Shown: positions 46,367-56,591, numbered from the stretch's first letter. The stretch: 64,000 bases of DNA from a bacterium (GCA_963674965.2 CAXXFL010000005.1:810211-874210); one strand, 5' to 3'. The notes: generated by a model not told the origin, from the sequence alone. Made by a program: numbers and translations.

Positions 46367-48409
46367 ATGGGCCTGGTCGGAAACCTTGAGGACTTGGGCC
46401 TCGGAGACATTTTACAGATCGTAAGCCTTTCCCGTAAGTCGGGGCTTTTGAGTCTCAACTGGGGTGAGGTTGAAGGGAAAATTATCTTCAAGGACGGCCA
46501 GGTGGTCGCGGCTTCCTCGAGTTCGGACTCCCGCACCATATCGTCAGTGCTGGCCGAGCGCAAGGTGGCCTCGGCCGATCAGGTCGGCGCCATCGAGGAG
46601 TTGGCCAAGTCCTCGGCCGACGCCGCGTCCGCCCACGCCTCCCTCGCCGACAAGCTGGGACTTTCAGCCGCCAAAATCGAGGACGCAGTGCGGGACAAGA
46701 TCGAGAGCACGGTCTTCGACTTCTTCACCTGGCCCGAGGGTACCTTCAGTTTCGAGCTCCAGGAGATCGACGCCGAGATCGGAGGGTTGGGCTATCCCGA
46801 CAGCGTCTTCGTGCTCGAGATGGGACTAAGCCCTCAGTTCCTCGCCATGGAGGGGACCAGGCTCCAGGATGAAAGGAGAAGGGACGAGGCGCCCGTCGGT
46901 CCGCCCATAAGAGGGCCCTCCAGTTTCGAGCCTCCCCCCCGGCCATCCGCGCTGGAGGAGGAACCGATATTCAAAACGAGCGGGACCGCGCCGGCCGCGG
47001 CCGGGTCGTCCCCCCTTCCCGAGGCCGAGGAAGACTTCAGCTCGGTGGCCGAGGCCCTCCAGCGTTACAAGGACGAGCCGGCGTCTCCCTCCCCGGCGGA
47101 TGACGGAGACGAGAGTTCCCCGGTGGAATCGGCCTACGACGAAATCGACGCCTCGGGCGAGGTGGAGGAAGTCGTCCGCGGAACCGCCGCCGAGGATGAA
47201 TACGCCCCCGAGCCGCCGATCGAGCCCGAGGCGGCCGCCGAGCCGGCTCCTCCCCCCGAGGGGCCCGTCACCAGCCGGGAGCCGGCCGGTGGGGACCATT
47301 CGATCGAGCTGGTGGTGGTGGACGACGACCCGGTGCTTATCCGCCGCGTCGGGAGTCACCTTGTCCCCAAAGGTTACAAGGTCATCGGTTTCGACTCCGT
47401 GGCGGCGGCCGTCAAGCACGTTCAGGAAGAAGTCGACCTGGGAGAAAAACCGACGGTGGTGCTGGCCGACCTTATCATGCCCGACTCGAGGGGCGAGTCG
47501 ACCCTCGGCGGACTCGAGATGCTGGAACAAACCAGGAAGACGAACCCGGCCATATCCGTGTACGTCATGACCGACTATGAAAACAAGCCCGCCCGCGAAA
47601 AGGCCCGGGAACTGGGCGCTCGCTTCTTTTTCATGAAGCCCAAGTCCAGCCAGATCGAGGAGGACGAGGACACCCCCGAGCTTGTCAACTTCGTCCAGGT
47701 CCTCGACGACGCGCTGGGCACGGAACCGAAAAAGAAAGCGGCCGAGAAGGCCCCGGACAAGGCGGCCGAAAGCGGGATGATCAATCTCGGCGAGGAGCTC
47801 AGGAGGGAGTTCGGCGAGGAAGTCATTCCCGAGAAGGCTCAGCCGGCCGAGCAGGTAAGGCCCAGCCGGGGACTGTTCATGCTCAAGTCCATGATCAGCG
47901 AGCTTAACGATCCCCAGTCCAGCGGCCAGATAACCCTGATGATCCTGAGGTTCGCCGCCGAGATCATGAACCGGTCCGTAATATTCCTGGTGGCGAAAAA
48001 CCAGATAGCCGGCCTGGGCCAGTTCGGCATCGAGATTGACGGGATCGATCCTCAAAAACACGTGAGGAAAATACGCATCCCCCTCAAGGAGCCCTCGATC
48101 TTCCGGGAAGCCATTCAAAAGCGCCTGCCCCTCAAGAAAAGCCTGAAGAAAAACAAATGGCATGAATACCTGGTTAAAAGCCTCGGGGGGGTGTTGCCCA
48201 ACGAGGTCTTCGTGGCGCCCATCATCGCCGGCGGCAAGATAGCGGCTATACTCTATGGAGACAACGTGCCCGAGGACAAGGAAATAGGCGACACCGAAAG
48301 CCTGGAGATTTTCCTTGCCCAGGCGGGCCTGGCGATGGAAAAGGCGCTTTTGGAAAGAAAGCTCAGGGAGATGGGAAGCCCGCCCGAGGGACTGGCTGAA
48401 AACTCCTGA
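46367..48409 (+). CDS. DUF4388 (PatA_N)-receiver-GAF-like signalling protein
   Basis: GNLEDLGLGDILQIVSLSRKSG, FTWPEGTFSF; VVDDD..ADLIMP..MT..KP; AAILYGDN. Confidence 0.8.
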   Translation: MGLVGNLEDLGLGDILQIVSLSRKSGLLSLNWGEVEGKIIFKDGQVVAASSSSDSRTISSVLAERKVASADQVGAIEELAKSSADAASAHASLADKLGLSAAKIEDAVRDKIESTVFDFFTWPEGTFSFELQEIDAEIGGLGYPDSVFVLEMGLSPQFLAMEGTRLQDERRRDEAPVGPPIRGPSSFEPPPRPSALEEEPIFKTSGTAPAAAGSSPLPEAEEDFSSVAEALQRYKDEPASPSPADDGDESSPVESAYDEIDASGEVEEVVRGTAAEDEYAPEPPIEPEAAAEPAPPPEGPVTSREPAGGDHSIELVVVDDDPVLIRRVGSHLVPKGYKVIGFDSVAAAVKHVQEEVDLGEKPTVVLADLIMPDSRGESTLGGLEMLEQTRKTNPAISVYVMTDYENKPAREKARELGARFFFMKPKSSQIEEDEDTPELVNFVQVLDDALGTEPKKKAAEKAPDKAAESGMINLGEELRREFGEEVIPEKAQPAEQVRPSRGLFMLKSMISELNDPQSSGQITLMILRFAAEIMNRSVIFLVAKNQIAGLGQFGIEIDGIDPQKHVRKIRIPLKEPSIFREAIQKRLPLKKSLKKNKWHEYLVKSLGGVLPNEVFVAPIIAGGKIAAILYGDNVPEDKEIGDTESLEIFLAQAGLAMEKALLERKLREMGSPPEGLAENS

Positions 48410-48485
48410 GAATTGAGACGCAATTTTGTGGGTGAGGGCCGACTGGGCCCCTCCCGTTACGCGACAACAAAACGATGGAGGAAGG

Positions 48486-48872
48486 ATGGGACGAGCTGTC
48501 CTGATCGCCGAGGATTCCGCGGTGACCCGGGCCTTTTTGGTTTCGACCCTGGAGGAAATCGAGGACTTCGACATCGTGGAGGCGTCAACCGGCTTCGAGG
48601 CGCTGAAACAACTGCCGAGAAGGAAGTTCTCGCTGATCATTACCGACATCAACATGCCGGACATCAACGGGCTCGAGCTTATCAACTTCGTCAAGAATAA
48701 CCTGAGCTACCGGCAAATACCGTTGATAGTGGTCACCACCGAGGGCGCCGAAAAGGACCGCCAAAAGGGCATGGCCCTGGGCGCGGACGAATACCTCGTA
48801 AAACCGATCGATCCGGAGGAACTGCAGGAGGCCGTCTCCAAGCACCTGGGAGACGGAGGCAACCGAGGGTAA
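48486..48872 (+). CDS. cheY: CheY-like response regulator
   Basis: IAEDS, TDINMPDINGLE, VTTE, YLVKP. Confidence 0.9.
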   Translation: MGRAVLIAEDSAVTRAFLVSTLEEIEDFDIVEASTGFEALKQLPRRKFSLIITDINMPDINGLELINFVKNNLSYRQIPLIVVTTEGAEKDRQKGMALGADEYLVKPIDPEELQEAVSKHLGDGGNRG

Positions 48873-48879
48873 TAAAGGA

Positions 48880-51120
48880 ATGTCAAACGACGTCCCCATA
48901 GATGAGTTCCTGGGTGAGGCCGAGGACATCATCGATTCCCTTAACCGGGACCTCTTAAGCGTTCATAAGGCGGTTTCCGGGGCCAAGAGGGTCGACCCCT
49001 CTCTCGTGAACAATATCTTCCGAGCCGCCCACTCGCTTAAGGGGATTTCCGGGCTGTTCGGTTTTACCGACCTCACCAAGCTCGCCCATACCCTCGAGAA
49101 CATGCTCGACAGGCTGAGACTCGGAAAAATAGACCTTAACGAGGCCGTGCTCGACCTCCTCTTCGAGAGCGTCGATATGCTCAGGGCCATCGTGGCCGGA
49201 AAGGCCGAGGACGTCGATCCACCCTCCCTGGCCGAGATCGAGGACGTCACGGCAAGACTCGAGAGCGCCGAGAGTCAAAAAACCGACGGCGCGGCGGACG
49301 ACGTCCTTAAATGCGTGGGACAGGAAATCCTCGCCGTGCTCACCGAGTACGAGGAACACCGCCTCCAGGAAAATATCAAGGAGGGCATGAATATAATCAA
49401 GGTCAGGGCCGCCTTCGACCTGGCCACCTTCGACGAGGACCTGACCGACCTCCAGGCCGCGGCCAAGGAATTCGGCGAGATCATTACCACCCTCCCGAGC
49501 GCCGAGGAAAGCTCCGAGGATAAAATCACCTTCGACATCGTGGTGGGGACCGAATACTCGATCGAGAGCGTCGAGACCTCCCTCGCCGGAAGGCCCCTGA
49601 CGTATAAGCTCCTTAGGAAGGGGACCGTCAAGCCGCCGGCCCCTCCCCCTCCCAGTCCCGCGCCCAAGGCCAAGGACCCCGCTCCAGCGGCCAAGGCGGA
49701 GGAGAAAAAAAGCCCGGCCCCGAAAACGAAAAAAGAAGCCGATGACCCGGCGGACCCCGAGGCGGACCAGGGCCTTCGGGCCATCTCCCAGTCGGTGCGG
49801 GTGGACATTGGCAAGCTGGACAACCTGATGAACATCGTGGGCGAGCTGGTCATAGGCAAGAACATCATGACTCAGCTCATCGAGAGGCTACGCCTGGACA
49901 TGGGATTTTCCGAGCTGACCATCGAGCTTGTGAAAAACACCCGGACCATGGAAAGGAAACTCTTCGAGCTCCAGCAGGGGGTCCTCGAGGTCCGCATGGT
50001 CCGGATCGGACAGATATTCGACAAGCTCCATAGAAACGTGAGAAAACTATCCCGCGAGCTTGACAAGGCGGTCGATTTCGTGGTCGAGGGAGGGGACACG
50101 GAACTGGACAAACTGATCATCGAGGACCTGGCCGATCCCCTCATGCATATAATACGCAACTGCATGGACCACGGACTCGAGTCCAAGGCCGAGCGCGTCC
50201 AACTCGGGAAACCGGTAAAAGGACTGGTCCAGCTCAAGGCTTTCCAGAGAGGAAACCACGTTATCATAGAAATCTACGACGACGGCGGGGGAGTGGACTT
50301 CGAGAAAATCAGGGCCAAGGCCATCGAGCGCGGCATGATCGAGCCCACCGCCGAGCCCCGGCCGGAGGAGCTCATCGAGTGCATGTTCACCCCCGGTTTT
50401 TCCACCGCCGAGATCGTGTCCGAGATAAGCGGAAGGGGCGTCGGACTGGACGTGGTCAAGGCCAACATCGGGGCCCTCTCGGGGGCCATCGACGTCGAGA
50501 GCAGGCCCGGGGAGGGGACCAAGTTCATCATCACCTTGCCCATCACCCTGGCCATCATCCAGGCGCTGATCGTCGAGTCCAGCCGCGAGACCTTCGCCAT
50601 ACCGCTCAACTCGGTGCAGCAGGGACTCATGATAAAGCCCGAGGACATCGAGACCATCGAGGGACGAGAGGTGATCGAGCTGAGGGGAAAGACCCTTCCC
50701 CTGCTCCGCCTCGATAAGCTCTTCGGTCTTGGAAACGGAGCGAAGGCCGAAAACGGCGGGCTTGCAACAGGCGCGGCAAAAAAGGAAGAGGCGGCGGGTG
50801 ACTCGAGGCCGAAAGACGGTCCCCGCGCCGTCGAGATAGGTCCCATGGGACTGGCGCCCAAGAAGGGCGGGGAAACAAAGGACAAGGAGGGCGAAGAAAT
50901 CTACGTGGTCAAGGTGGGAATAGCCGACCGCGGACTGGGCATCATCGTGGACAAGCTTTGGGGCCGCCAGGACATCGTGATCAAGCCGGTGGGCGAGCTT
51001 CTCAAGGGGATCAAGGGCATCGCCGGGGCCACCGAGCTTGGCAACCAGCGGACCATCCTCGTCCTGGACGTCATGGACCTGATGGAGGAATCCTCCGTGT
51101 CCATGTTCAGCGTGAACTGA
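48880..51120 (+). CDS. cheA: Chemotaxis histidine kinase CheA
   Basis: IFRAAHSLKG, VRVDIGKLD, HIIRNCMDHG, DDGGG, PGFST, SGRGVGLDVV. Confidence 0.95.
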   Translation: MSNDVPIDEFLGEAEDIIDSLNRDLLSVHKAVSGAKRVDPSLVNNIFRAAHSLKGISGLFGFTDLTKLAHTLENMLDRLRLGKIDLNEAVLDLLFESVDMLRAIVAGKAEDVDPPSLAEIEDVTARLESAESQKTDGAADDVLKCVGQEILAVLTEYEEHRLQENIKEGMNIIKVRAAFDLATFDEDLTDLQAAAKEFGEIITTLPSAEESSEDKITFDIVVGTEYSIESVETSLAGRPLTYKLLRKGTVKPPAPPPPSPAPKAKDPAPAAKAEEKKSPAPKTKKEADDPADPEADQGLRAISQSVRVDIGKLDNLMNIVGELVIGKNIMTQLIERLRLDMGFSELTIELVKNTRTMERKLFELQQGVLEVRMVRIGQIFDKLHRNVRKLSRELDKAVDFVVEGGDTELDKLIIEDLADPLMHIIRNCMDHGLESKAERVQLGKPVKGLVQLKAFQRGNHVIIEIYDDGGGVDFEKIRAKAIERGMIEPTAEPRPEELIECMFTPGFSTAEIVSEISGRGVGLDVVKANIGALSGAIDVESRPGEGTKFIITLPITLAIIQALIVESSRETFAIPLNSVQQGLMIKPEDIETIEGREVIELRGKTLPLLRLDKLFGLGNGAKAENGGLATGAAKKEEAAGDSRPKDGPRAVEIGPMGLAPKKGGETKDKEGEEIYVVKVGIADRGLGIIVDKLWGRQDIVIKPVGELLKGIKGIAGATELGNQRTILVLDVMDLMEESSVSMFSVN

Positions 51121-51133
51121 AAAAGGGGGCGGC

Positions 51134-52000
51134 GTGTATCTCGATTTCTACGGCCTGGAAAGAAAGCCTTTCTCCAAGACGCCGGACCCGGCCATGCTCT
51201 ACTTCAGTCCCGAGCACGCCGAGGCCCTGGCGAGAATGGAGCAGGCCGTCGAGGACCGGGAGTTCATGATGCTGACGGGGGACGTGGGCTGCGGCAAGAC
51301 GACCCTGAGCCGCGCCCTTATCGACCGTCTGCCCGACTCGGTCAGGCCCGCCCTTATCATCAATCCGCGGCTGACGCCGAACCAGCTTCTTCGCGTCATC
51401 GCCTCGAGGCTGGGGGAGGACGAGCCGAAACATTTCAGGGTCGACCTGGTGGAGCAGATCAACGACCTTTTGCTCAACTGTCTCGAGAACGAGGTCCTGC
51501 CCCTGCTTATCATCGACGAGGCCCAGTCGATACCGAGCAGGGAAACCTTCGAGGAGATCAGGCTGCTCACCAACTTCCAGCTCGACGACCGCAACCTCAT
51601 GTCCATCATGCTGATAGGACAGCCCGAGTTGGACAAGAGGGTCAGACACTCGGCCTACGAGGCCCTGCGGCAAAGGATAGGGTTCAGGTATCACCTGGGC
51701 CCCCTCCGGCCCGAGTCGGTCAGGGAATACGTGGCCCACCGGCTAGAGGCCGTCGGCGGTCCTCCGGACCTCTTTACCGACGACGCCCTCGAGCTGGTGG
51801 CCGGCGTCACCGGGTCGATACCGAGATGGATCAACAACGTGTGCGGCGCGGCCCTGCTCGAGGGCTTTGGAAGAGAGGCCCGGAGCATCGACCGCCAGAT
51901 CGTAAGGGACGCCGCCGTCGATCTCGGACTTATAAGCGGGACCGGAAGGTCCCCGGAGGCGCTCGAGCTGGTCGAGGACTCGGCGGCATCCTCCACTTAG
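51134..52000 (+). CDS. ExeA/GspA-like AAA ATPase
   Basis: YLDFYGLERKPF, GDVGCGKT, IIDEAQ, LIGQPEL. Confidence 0.88.
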   Translation: MYLDFYGLERKPFSKTPDPAMLYFSPEHAEALARMEQAVEDREFMMLTGDVGCGKTTLSRALIDRLPDSVRPALIINPRLTPNQLLRVIASRLGEDEPKHFRVDLVEQINDLLLNCLENEVLPLLIIDEAQSIPSRETFEEIRLLTNFQLDDRNLMSIMLIGQPELDKRVRHSAYEALRQRIGFRYHLGPLRPESVREYVAHRLEAVGGPPDLFTDDALELVAGVTGSIPRWINNVCGAALLEGFGREARSIDRQIVRDAAVDLGLISGTGRSPEALELVEDSAASST

Positions 52001-52017
52001 GAGACGAAAAGGAGAAC

Positions 52018-52540
52018 ATGGACCTTCTCAAGGCCAGGGAGCGGGCGAAGAAAAAAGCCCGCGAGAAAGAGGAACTCGAGGCGGCGAAAAAAGCCGGCCG
52101 CGAAGAGGGGACCACCGCGCCTACAAAGGACGAGCCGCCGCCCGAGGCCGCGGCGGCGGCCAAGGAGTCGGCCGAGCCCGGTCCCGAGGCGATGGAGCGT
52201 CCCGCCGGCGAGGAGAAAAAACTCGAGCCCGCGCCTCTTGGGGGCGACGAGTCCGACGTCTTCGTTGACGACGCCTTTGGGGAGGACCTTCCCTACGTGG
52301 AGAGCGAGGAAGACGAGTCGGACGACCTTATGCTTGAAGTTACCTCCGGTTCCGCCTCGGACCTGGTCATCGACAACGAGGATGAGGAATCTTGGGAAGC
52401 CGAGCTGGAACAGATGAAAAAGGAGACGGAAAAGGAGCCGGCCAAAGAGGCGGCGCGGCCTTCGGCCCGTCCCGTTCCTCCCCGGACGGAATCGGCGCCG
52501 GAGGAGTTGGAGGAGGATGAGATCGAGGTCCAGGCCATCG
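52018..52540 (+). CDS. Truncated N-terminus of a probable CheW-domain protein
   Basis: AGGAG RBS, MDLLKARERAKK then acidic linker; the CheW identity is inferred from gene order only. Confidence 0.45.
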
Positions 52541-53067
52541 GCAGTCCGCGCGAGCGCACCGAACGGCGGGCCGCCCCGGCGGGGGTTTCCCAATGGACCC
52601 TTACGGTGCGATTTTCGCGAATCAGGGCATTGGCCCCCGTCTCCAGGTCCTGCAGGATGTCGTCTGCAAGTGCCGCACAATCCAGTTCGACGTCCGATCG
52701 CAGAACTCCCAGGTGAAACGCCGTGGTCGCAAGGCCGAAGCGGTCCTGGGCCAGGGCGGTCAACAGGTGCTGGGCGCTGTGTTGTTGCATGTGGTCGTAG
52801 CGTCGGGGCCAGTCCAGGGTTTACCGTCACCTCGCCGGCCACCGGCCGGTCCAGCAGGTGTACCAGAGCACCGTCCTCCCGGCGGTAGAGTTTGCGGACC
52901 GGCCGGTCGGCCACCCACCCGGTATCGGCCGGTTGGCCGCCACTCTCGGGGTAGAGCACGGTTCGGTCCAAAACGACCCGATAGCCGTCCGCGCCTTTGC
53001 GGCATTCTTTGACGGCGGCGGTCAGGGTTGTGCGATAGGCGTCCTCTTGGCAAACCAAACGGGTCAT
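52535..53067 (-). pseudogene. alaX: AlaX-like alanyl-tRNA editing protein, frameshifted near 52820 and truncated
   Basis: VLDRTVLYPESGGQPADTG in one frame; RRYDHMQQHSAQHLL..VRSRGLP in another; C-terminal CxxxH half absent. Confidence 0.8.
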
Positions 53068-54800
53068 CGGTTGCGGGCCCCCACTATAAAAAGATGGATA
53101 TGGCGAGGGTCCAGGTCTTTTTTGAGCACCCGGCCCAGTTCGGTTTCGATGTCGGCGAACAGCGCCTCCAGGCAGGGACCCAGGCGCCGGGTGAGCGCTT
53201 GCGCCCCCAGCCGGCTGCGGGTGCACAGCCATTGCAAGAAATTGGCCCGCATGTCCAGGGCCACCGTGCGGGGACGGTGGCGTCCCGACCAAAGGTGGCC
53301 GAAAAAATCTCCGAAGGCGTTCGGGGACAAGGCCTCCAGAGAGTCCGGCAGGCCCAAAAAATGGCGTGCCCAGAGGGTCAACAGAAGGTTTTTGTAGCTC
53401 AGACGGCCGTACAACTCGAAGCGGCTGAAATCGATCTGCAGGCGCGCCAGCAGGTGGTCCATGGCACGAATTTGCTCCCAGACGGCCTGGGCTTCCAGAA
53501 CCTCCGCCAAGGCCGCAAATTCACGATAAAGTGCCCCGCTGCGATAGTCGTCATAGTATCGGGGGGTTTTGATCAGCAGGCCGCCCAAAACCCCCAGCCA
53601 GTCCTGGCCCCAGAAACTCAAGGGCAGCCCGGCCGTTTGGGCCCAGCTGTGGCGGCGCCATTTCTGTACCCGCCATTTGAGTTCCAGCACCCGGCCGTAG
53701 CCGACCCTGAAGATGTGGGCCAGGTGATACCGGCGCAGCAGGGCCGCACCGTGACTGCGACCATCAGACCGGTCGTGGCCGATCAGCACTTCCAGGCCGA
53801 TGCTCAGATAGGCACAGGCTGTTTTGACCACCTGCCGGAGTTGTTCACGGCTGCGGACGGTCTCGTTTCGGGCGGCGATCAACTGGTTGCCCAAGGCGGC
53901 AAATTCGGACTGCAGAAATTCCATGTCAATATCGACGGACAGGGACTCAAGCGCCTGTACGAACAGGTGCTGGTCCTCTTGCAAGCCCGCCTGCAACAGC
54001 ACCACCGGGATTCCCGGAGCAGATTCGCTGTGGGTCTTGGGCGGCGCAGCCGTCCGGGGCCGGATATCCGCGGGGCGCAGGGGGCGATAAGCCTGAATGG
54101 CTTCGTCAAAGGGCAAAAATCCATGTTCGGCCATACGCACGCTACGCCAGCGAAACAGTTCCTCTTCGGTTTGGGCCGGCAGTACCCGGACGATTTCCAA
54201 CAGCAGGTTGCGGTAGCGTTCGGGATCCCACAGGGACAGACGCTCCAGGAAACGGTAGATCACGTCATGGCGGTACGGTTCGTTTTCGGGGTTGTCGGTC
54301 TCGGCGGTCAGGGGACGTATGCGGACATAGAAGACGTCATCGTGCGTAAAACAGTCGTCGCCGAAATCGGACGGATCCTGGTCGTGTTCGCGGACGAAAA
54401 CATCGATGGTCTTGAAAAGGTAGTATTCGATCGTATTGGTCCGAGTTTTTGCGAACCAGTCGACCAGTCGGCGGGGGTCTGCATTCAGGGCCGAATCGAT
54501 CCAGTCGGTCAGGCTGTCCAGCCGGATGCGGTCCCGGTTCCATATCTCCATGTCGAGAATGAAATCCCACTGGCGTCCGGAAGCCAGGGCCAGCAGCGGC
54601 AGCGCATCGTTGACTCCCAGGTCATGGATCAGAAAGTAAAGATCCTCTGCCGGAAAGCAGTGTACCAGGGGCAGGGGCTGGGGGGCTGCCAGGATGGCCT
54701 CCAGGGCCTGGTCGGCGGGAAGCGCCATGATGTCCCGGTGCTGCTGGTGCAGCCGCTGAATCTGGCGCGCCACCTGGGGGGAGAGCTGGTTTGAATTCAT
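53064..54800 (-). CDS. Conserved deltaproteobacterial helical protein (DUF6178-like)
   Basis: 578 aa; DLYFLIHDLG, FILDMEIW, EEELFRWRSVRMAEHGF, IFRVGY; family recalled, not searched. Confidence 0.6.
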   Translation of the reverse strand: MNSNQLSPQVARQIQRLHQQHRDIMALPADQALEAILAAPQPLPLVHCFPAEDLYFLIHDLGVNDALPLLALASGRQWDFILDMEIWNRDRIRLDSLTDWIDSALNADPRRLVDWFAKTRTNTIEYYLFKTIDVFVREHDQDPSDFGDDCFTHDDVFYVRIRPLTAETDNPENEPYRHDVIYRFLERLSLWDPERYRNLLLEIVRVLPAQTEEELFRWRSVRMAEHGFLPFDEAIQAYRPLRPADIRPRTAAPPKTHSESAPGIPVVLLQAGLQEDQHLFVQALESLSVDIDMEFLQSEFAALGNQLIAARNETVRSREQLRQVVKTACAYLSIGLEVLIGHDRSDGRSHGAALLRRYHLAHIFRVGYGRVLELKWRVQKWRRHSWAQTAGLPLSFWGQDWLGVLGGLLIKTPRYYDDYRSGALYREFAALAEVLEAQAVWEQIRAMDHLLARLQIDFSRFELYGRLSYKNLLLTLWARHFLGLPDSLEALSPNAFGDFFGHLWSGRHRPRTVALDMRANFLQWLCTRSRLGAQALTRRLGPCLEALFADIETELGRVLKKDLDPRHIHLFIVGARNR

Positions 54801-54940
54801 ACGGGACCACCTATCGGCCGATTTGGGATCGGCCTTGTCAGCCGTGGTTTTATTCGGGTATTGAGCGATCGCAACGGTAGTCCGAATCTAACCATGCCGC
54901 CGGGGTTTTGCAACCCAAAGCGCCAACCCGGCCAAGCCCG

Positions 54941-54972
54941 GTAGGCTGGGTCGAGCGAAGCGAAACCCAACA
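54941..54972 (+). repeat. GTAG-type REP element
   Basis: GTAGGCTGGGTCGAGCGAAGCGAAACCCAACA: GTAG head plus imperfect palindrome. Confidence 0.7.
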
Positions 54973-55022
54973 CAAAACGATCATAAAAAATAAAAAAATC
55001 GTGGTAATCGACAATGCGATAC

Positions 55023-56591
55023 CTAACGGCGGCCAATGGTCAGGCGGTTCACCCAGACGATCAGAAAGAGCACCGGAATGCCCACCACGGCCGTGCCGAT
55101 GAAAAAAGTCTCATATCCCAGGCTGTCTACCACGCCGCCCGAATATCCGGCCAGGATTTTCGGAAAAAGCGTCATGATGGAACTGAAGATCGCGTATTGC
55201 ATGGCCGTAAAAGCGATGCTGGTCAAACCGGAAAGGTAGGCCACAAAGGCTGCCGCGGCCAGGCCGGCGCTGGCGTTGTCGGCAACGATCACCATCAGCA
55301 GCAACCGTTCGCTGGGCGCCCTGGCGGCCATATAGGCAAACAGCAGATTGGTGGCGGCCGACAGCAGGGCGCCGGCAAACAGTGTTCGGATGACCCCGTA
55401 GCGAACCGACACCAGGCCGCCGATAAATCCGCCGCCGATGGTGGCCCACAACCCCCAGAATTTGGTGTAGGTGGCGATCTGGGTTTTCGTAAATCCCATA
55501 TCGAGATAAAAGATGTTGGCGATGACCCCCATGAGAATATCGGAGATGCGGTAGGTGCCGATAAGGGCCAGAATCAACACCGCCGTTTTACCGTATCGTC
55601 CCAGAAAATCGCGGACGGGATCGATGTAGGTATCCCTTACGTGCCGGTAGGGTACCACCCGGGCGGCGATCATCCCCCAGACCACCCCTGCGCCCATACA
55701 ACCACTGAAAACCAGTCGTGCGGATTCGGTCACAAATCCGGCCACACGATTCATCAGACCCAGGTTCTCCACCAGGACGGTCTTCAGGGCCTGTCCGCTA
55801 GCGGCGGAAACAAAAAAACCGGCCACAAACACACCGGCTGCCAGAACGAACAGGCCCAAAAACCGAAAATAATCCGTATTGTTTTTAAACGTAGCGCTGC
55901 CGGCGTTGTGCACCCGGGGTTCCCGAACAATCAGGGTGGTGACAATACCCACCAACATGGTGGCCGCCATGGTACGGTAGACCCGGGCCCAGACCGCGCA
56001 GTCATAATGTTCCCCGGACCACCAGTCGGCCAGCCACAGAGAACCGGCGCCGGCGACGATCATGCCGATGCGGTAGCCGGCGATATACATCGAGGACAAC
56101 AGCGACTGCATCTCCTGTTCGGCCGACTCGATGCGAAAGGCATCGATGACGATATCCTGGGTTGCAGATGAAAAGCCGATCAGGAGCGCTCCCACGGCGG
56201 TCATGGCCAGGGCCTGTTGGGGGTCGAAGGCCGATGTCCAGAGCATGGCGCCCACCAGGGCCAGTTGGGATGCCAGCAGCCAGCTCCGGCGGCGACCCAT
56301 GCGGGTCGTAAGGTAAGGAAACGGCAGGCGGTCGATCAGCGGGGCCCACACGAATTTGAAGGCGTAGCCCAATGCCGCCCAGCTGAAAAAGGTGACGCTG
56401 GAACGCTGGACCCCGGCCTCGCGCAGCCAAACCGAAAGGGTGCTGAAAATAAGCAGGATCGGCAATCCGGCCGAAAAGCCCAGAAAAAGCATGCTGACCG
56501 CCCGGGGATCGACAACTGCCGCCAGGGTCTGGTGCCAGCTTTTCTTGGGTGAGTGCTCGGGTTGGTCTCCGGTCATGGATTGTTCCGACAA
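55023..56591 (-). CDS. ampG: AmpG-family MFS muropeptide permease
   Basis: LGFSAGLP, KFVWAPLID, GRRRSW, SATQDIVIDAFRIE, FTAMQYA. Confidence 0.9.
   Translation of the reverse strand: MSEQSMTGDQPEHSPKKSWHQTLAAVVDPRAVSMLFLGFSAGLPILLIFSTLSVWLREAGVQRSSVTFFSWAALGYAFKFVWAPLIDRLPFPYLTTRMGRRRSWLLASQLALVGAMLWTSAFDPQQALAMTAVGALLIGFSSATQDIVIDAFRIESAEQEMQSLLSSMYIAGYRIGMIVAGAGSLWLADWWSGEHYDCAVWARVYRTMAATMLVGIVTTLIVREPRVHNAGSATFKNNTDYFRFLGLFVLAAGVFVAGFFVSAASGQALKTVLVENLGLMNRVAGFVTESARLVFSGCMGAGVVWGMIAARVVPYRHVRDTYIDPVRDFLGRYGKTAVLILALIGTYRISDILMGVIANIFYLDMGFTKTQIATYTKFWGLWATIGGGFIGGLVSVRYGVIRTLFAGALLSAATNLLFAYMAARAPSERLLLMVIVADNASAGLAAAAFVAYLSGLTSIAFTAMQYAIFSSIMTLFPKILAGYSGGVVDSLGYETFFIGTAVVGIPVLFLIVWVNRLTIGRR

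Noticed and set aside
43534-48694. Long minus-strand ORFs (532 aa and 622 aa)
   Set aside because: Antisense shadows of well-supported plus-strand genes in GC-rich DNA, with no motifs.
51826-53292. ORFs 51826-52716, 52293-52790 and 51997-53292 as novel fusion proteins
   Set aside because: They read across the apparent chimeric junction or the alaX frameshift.
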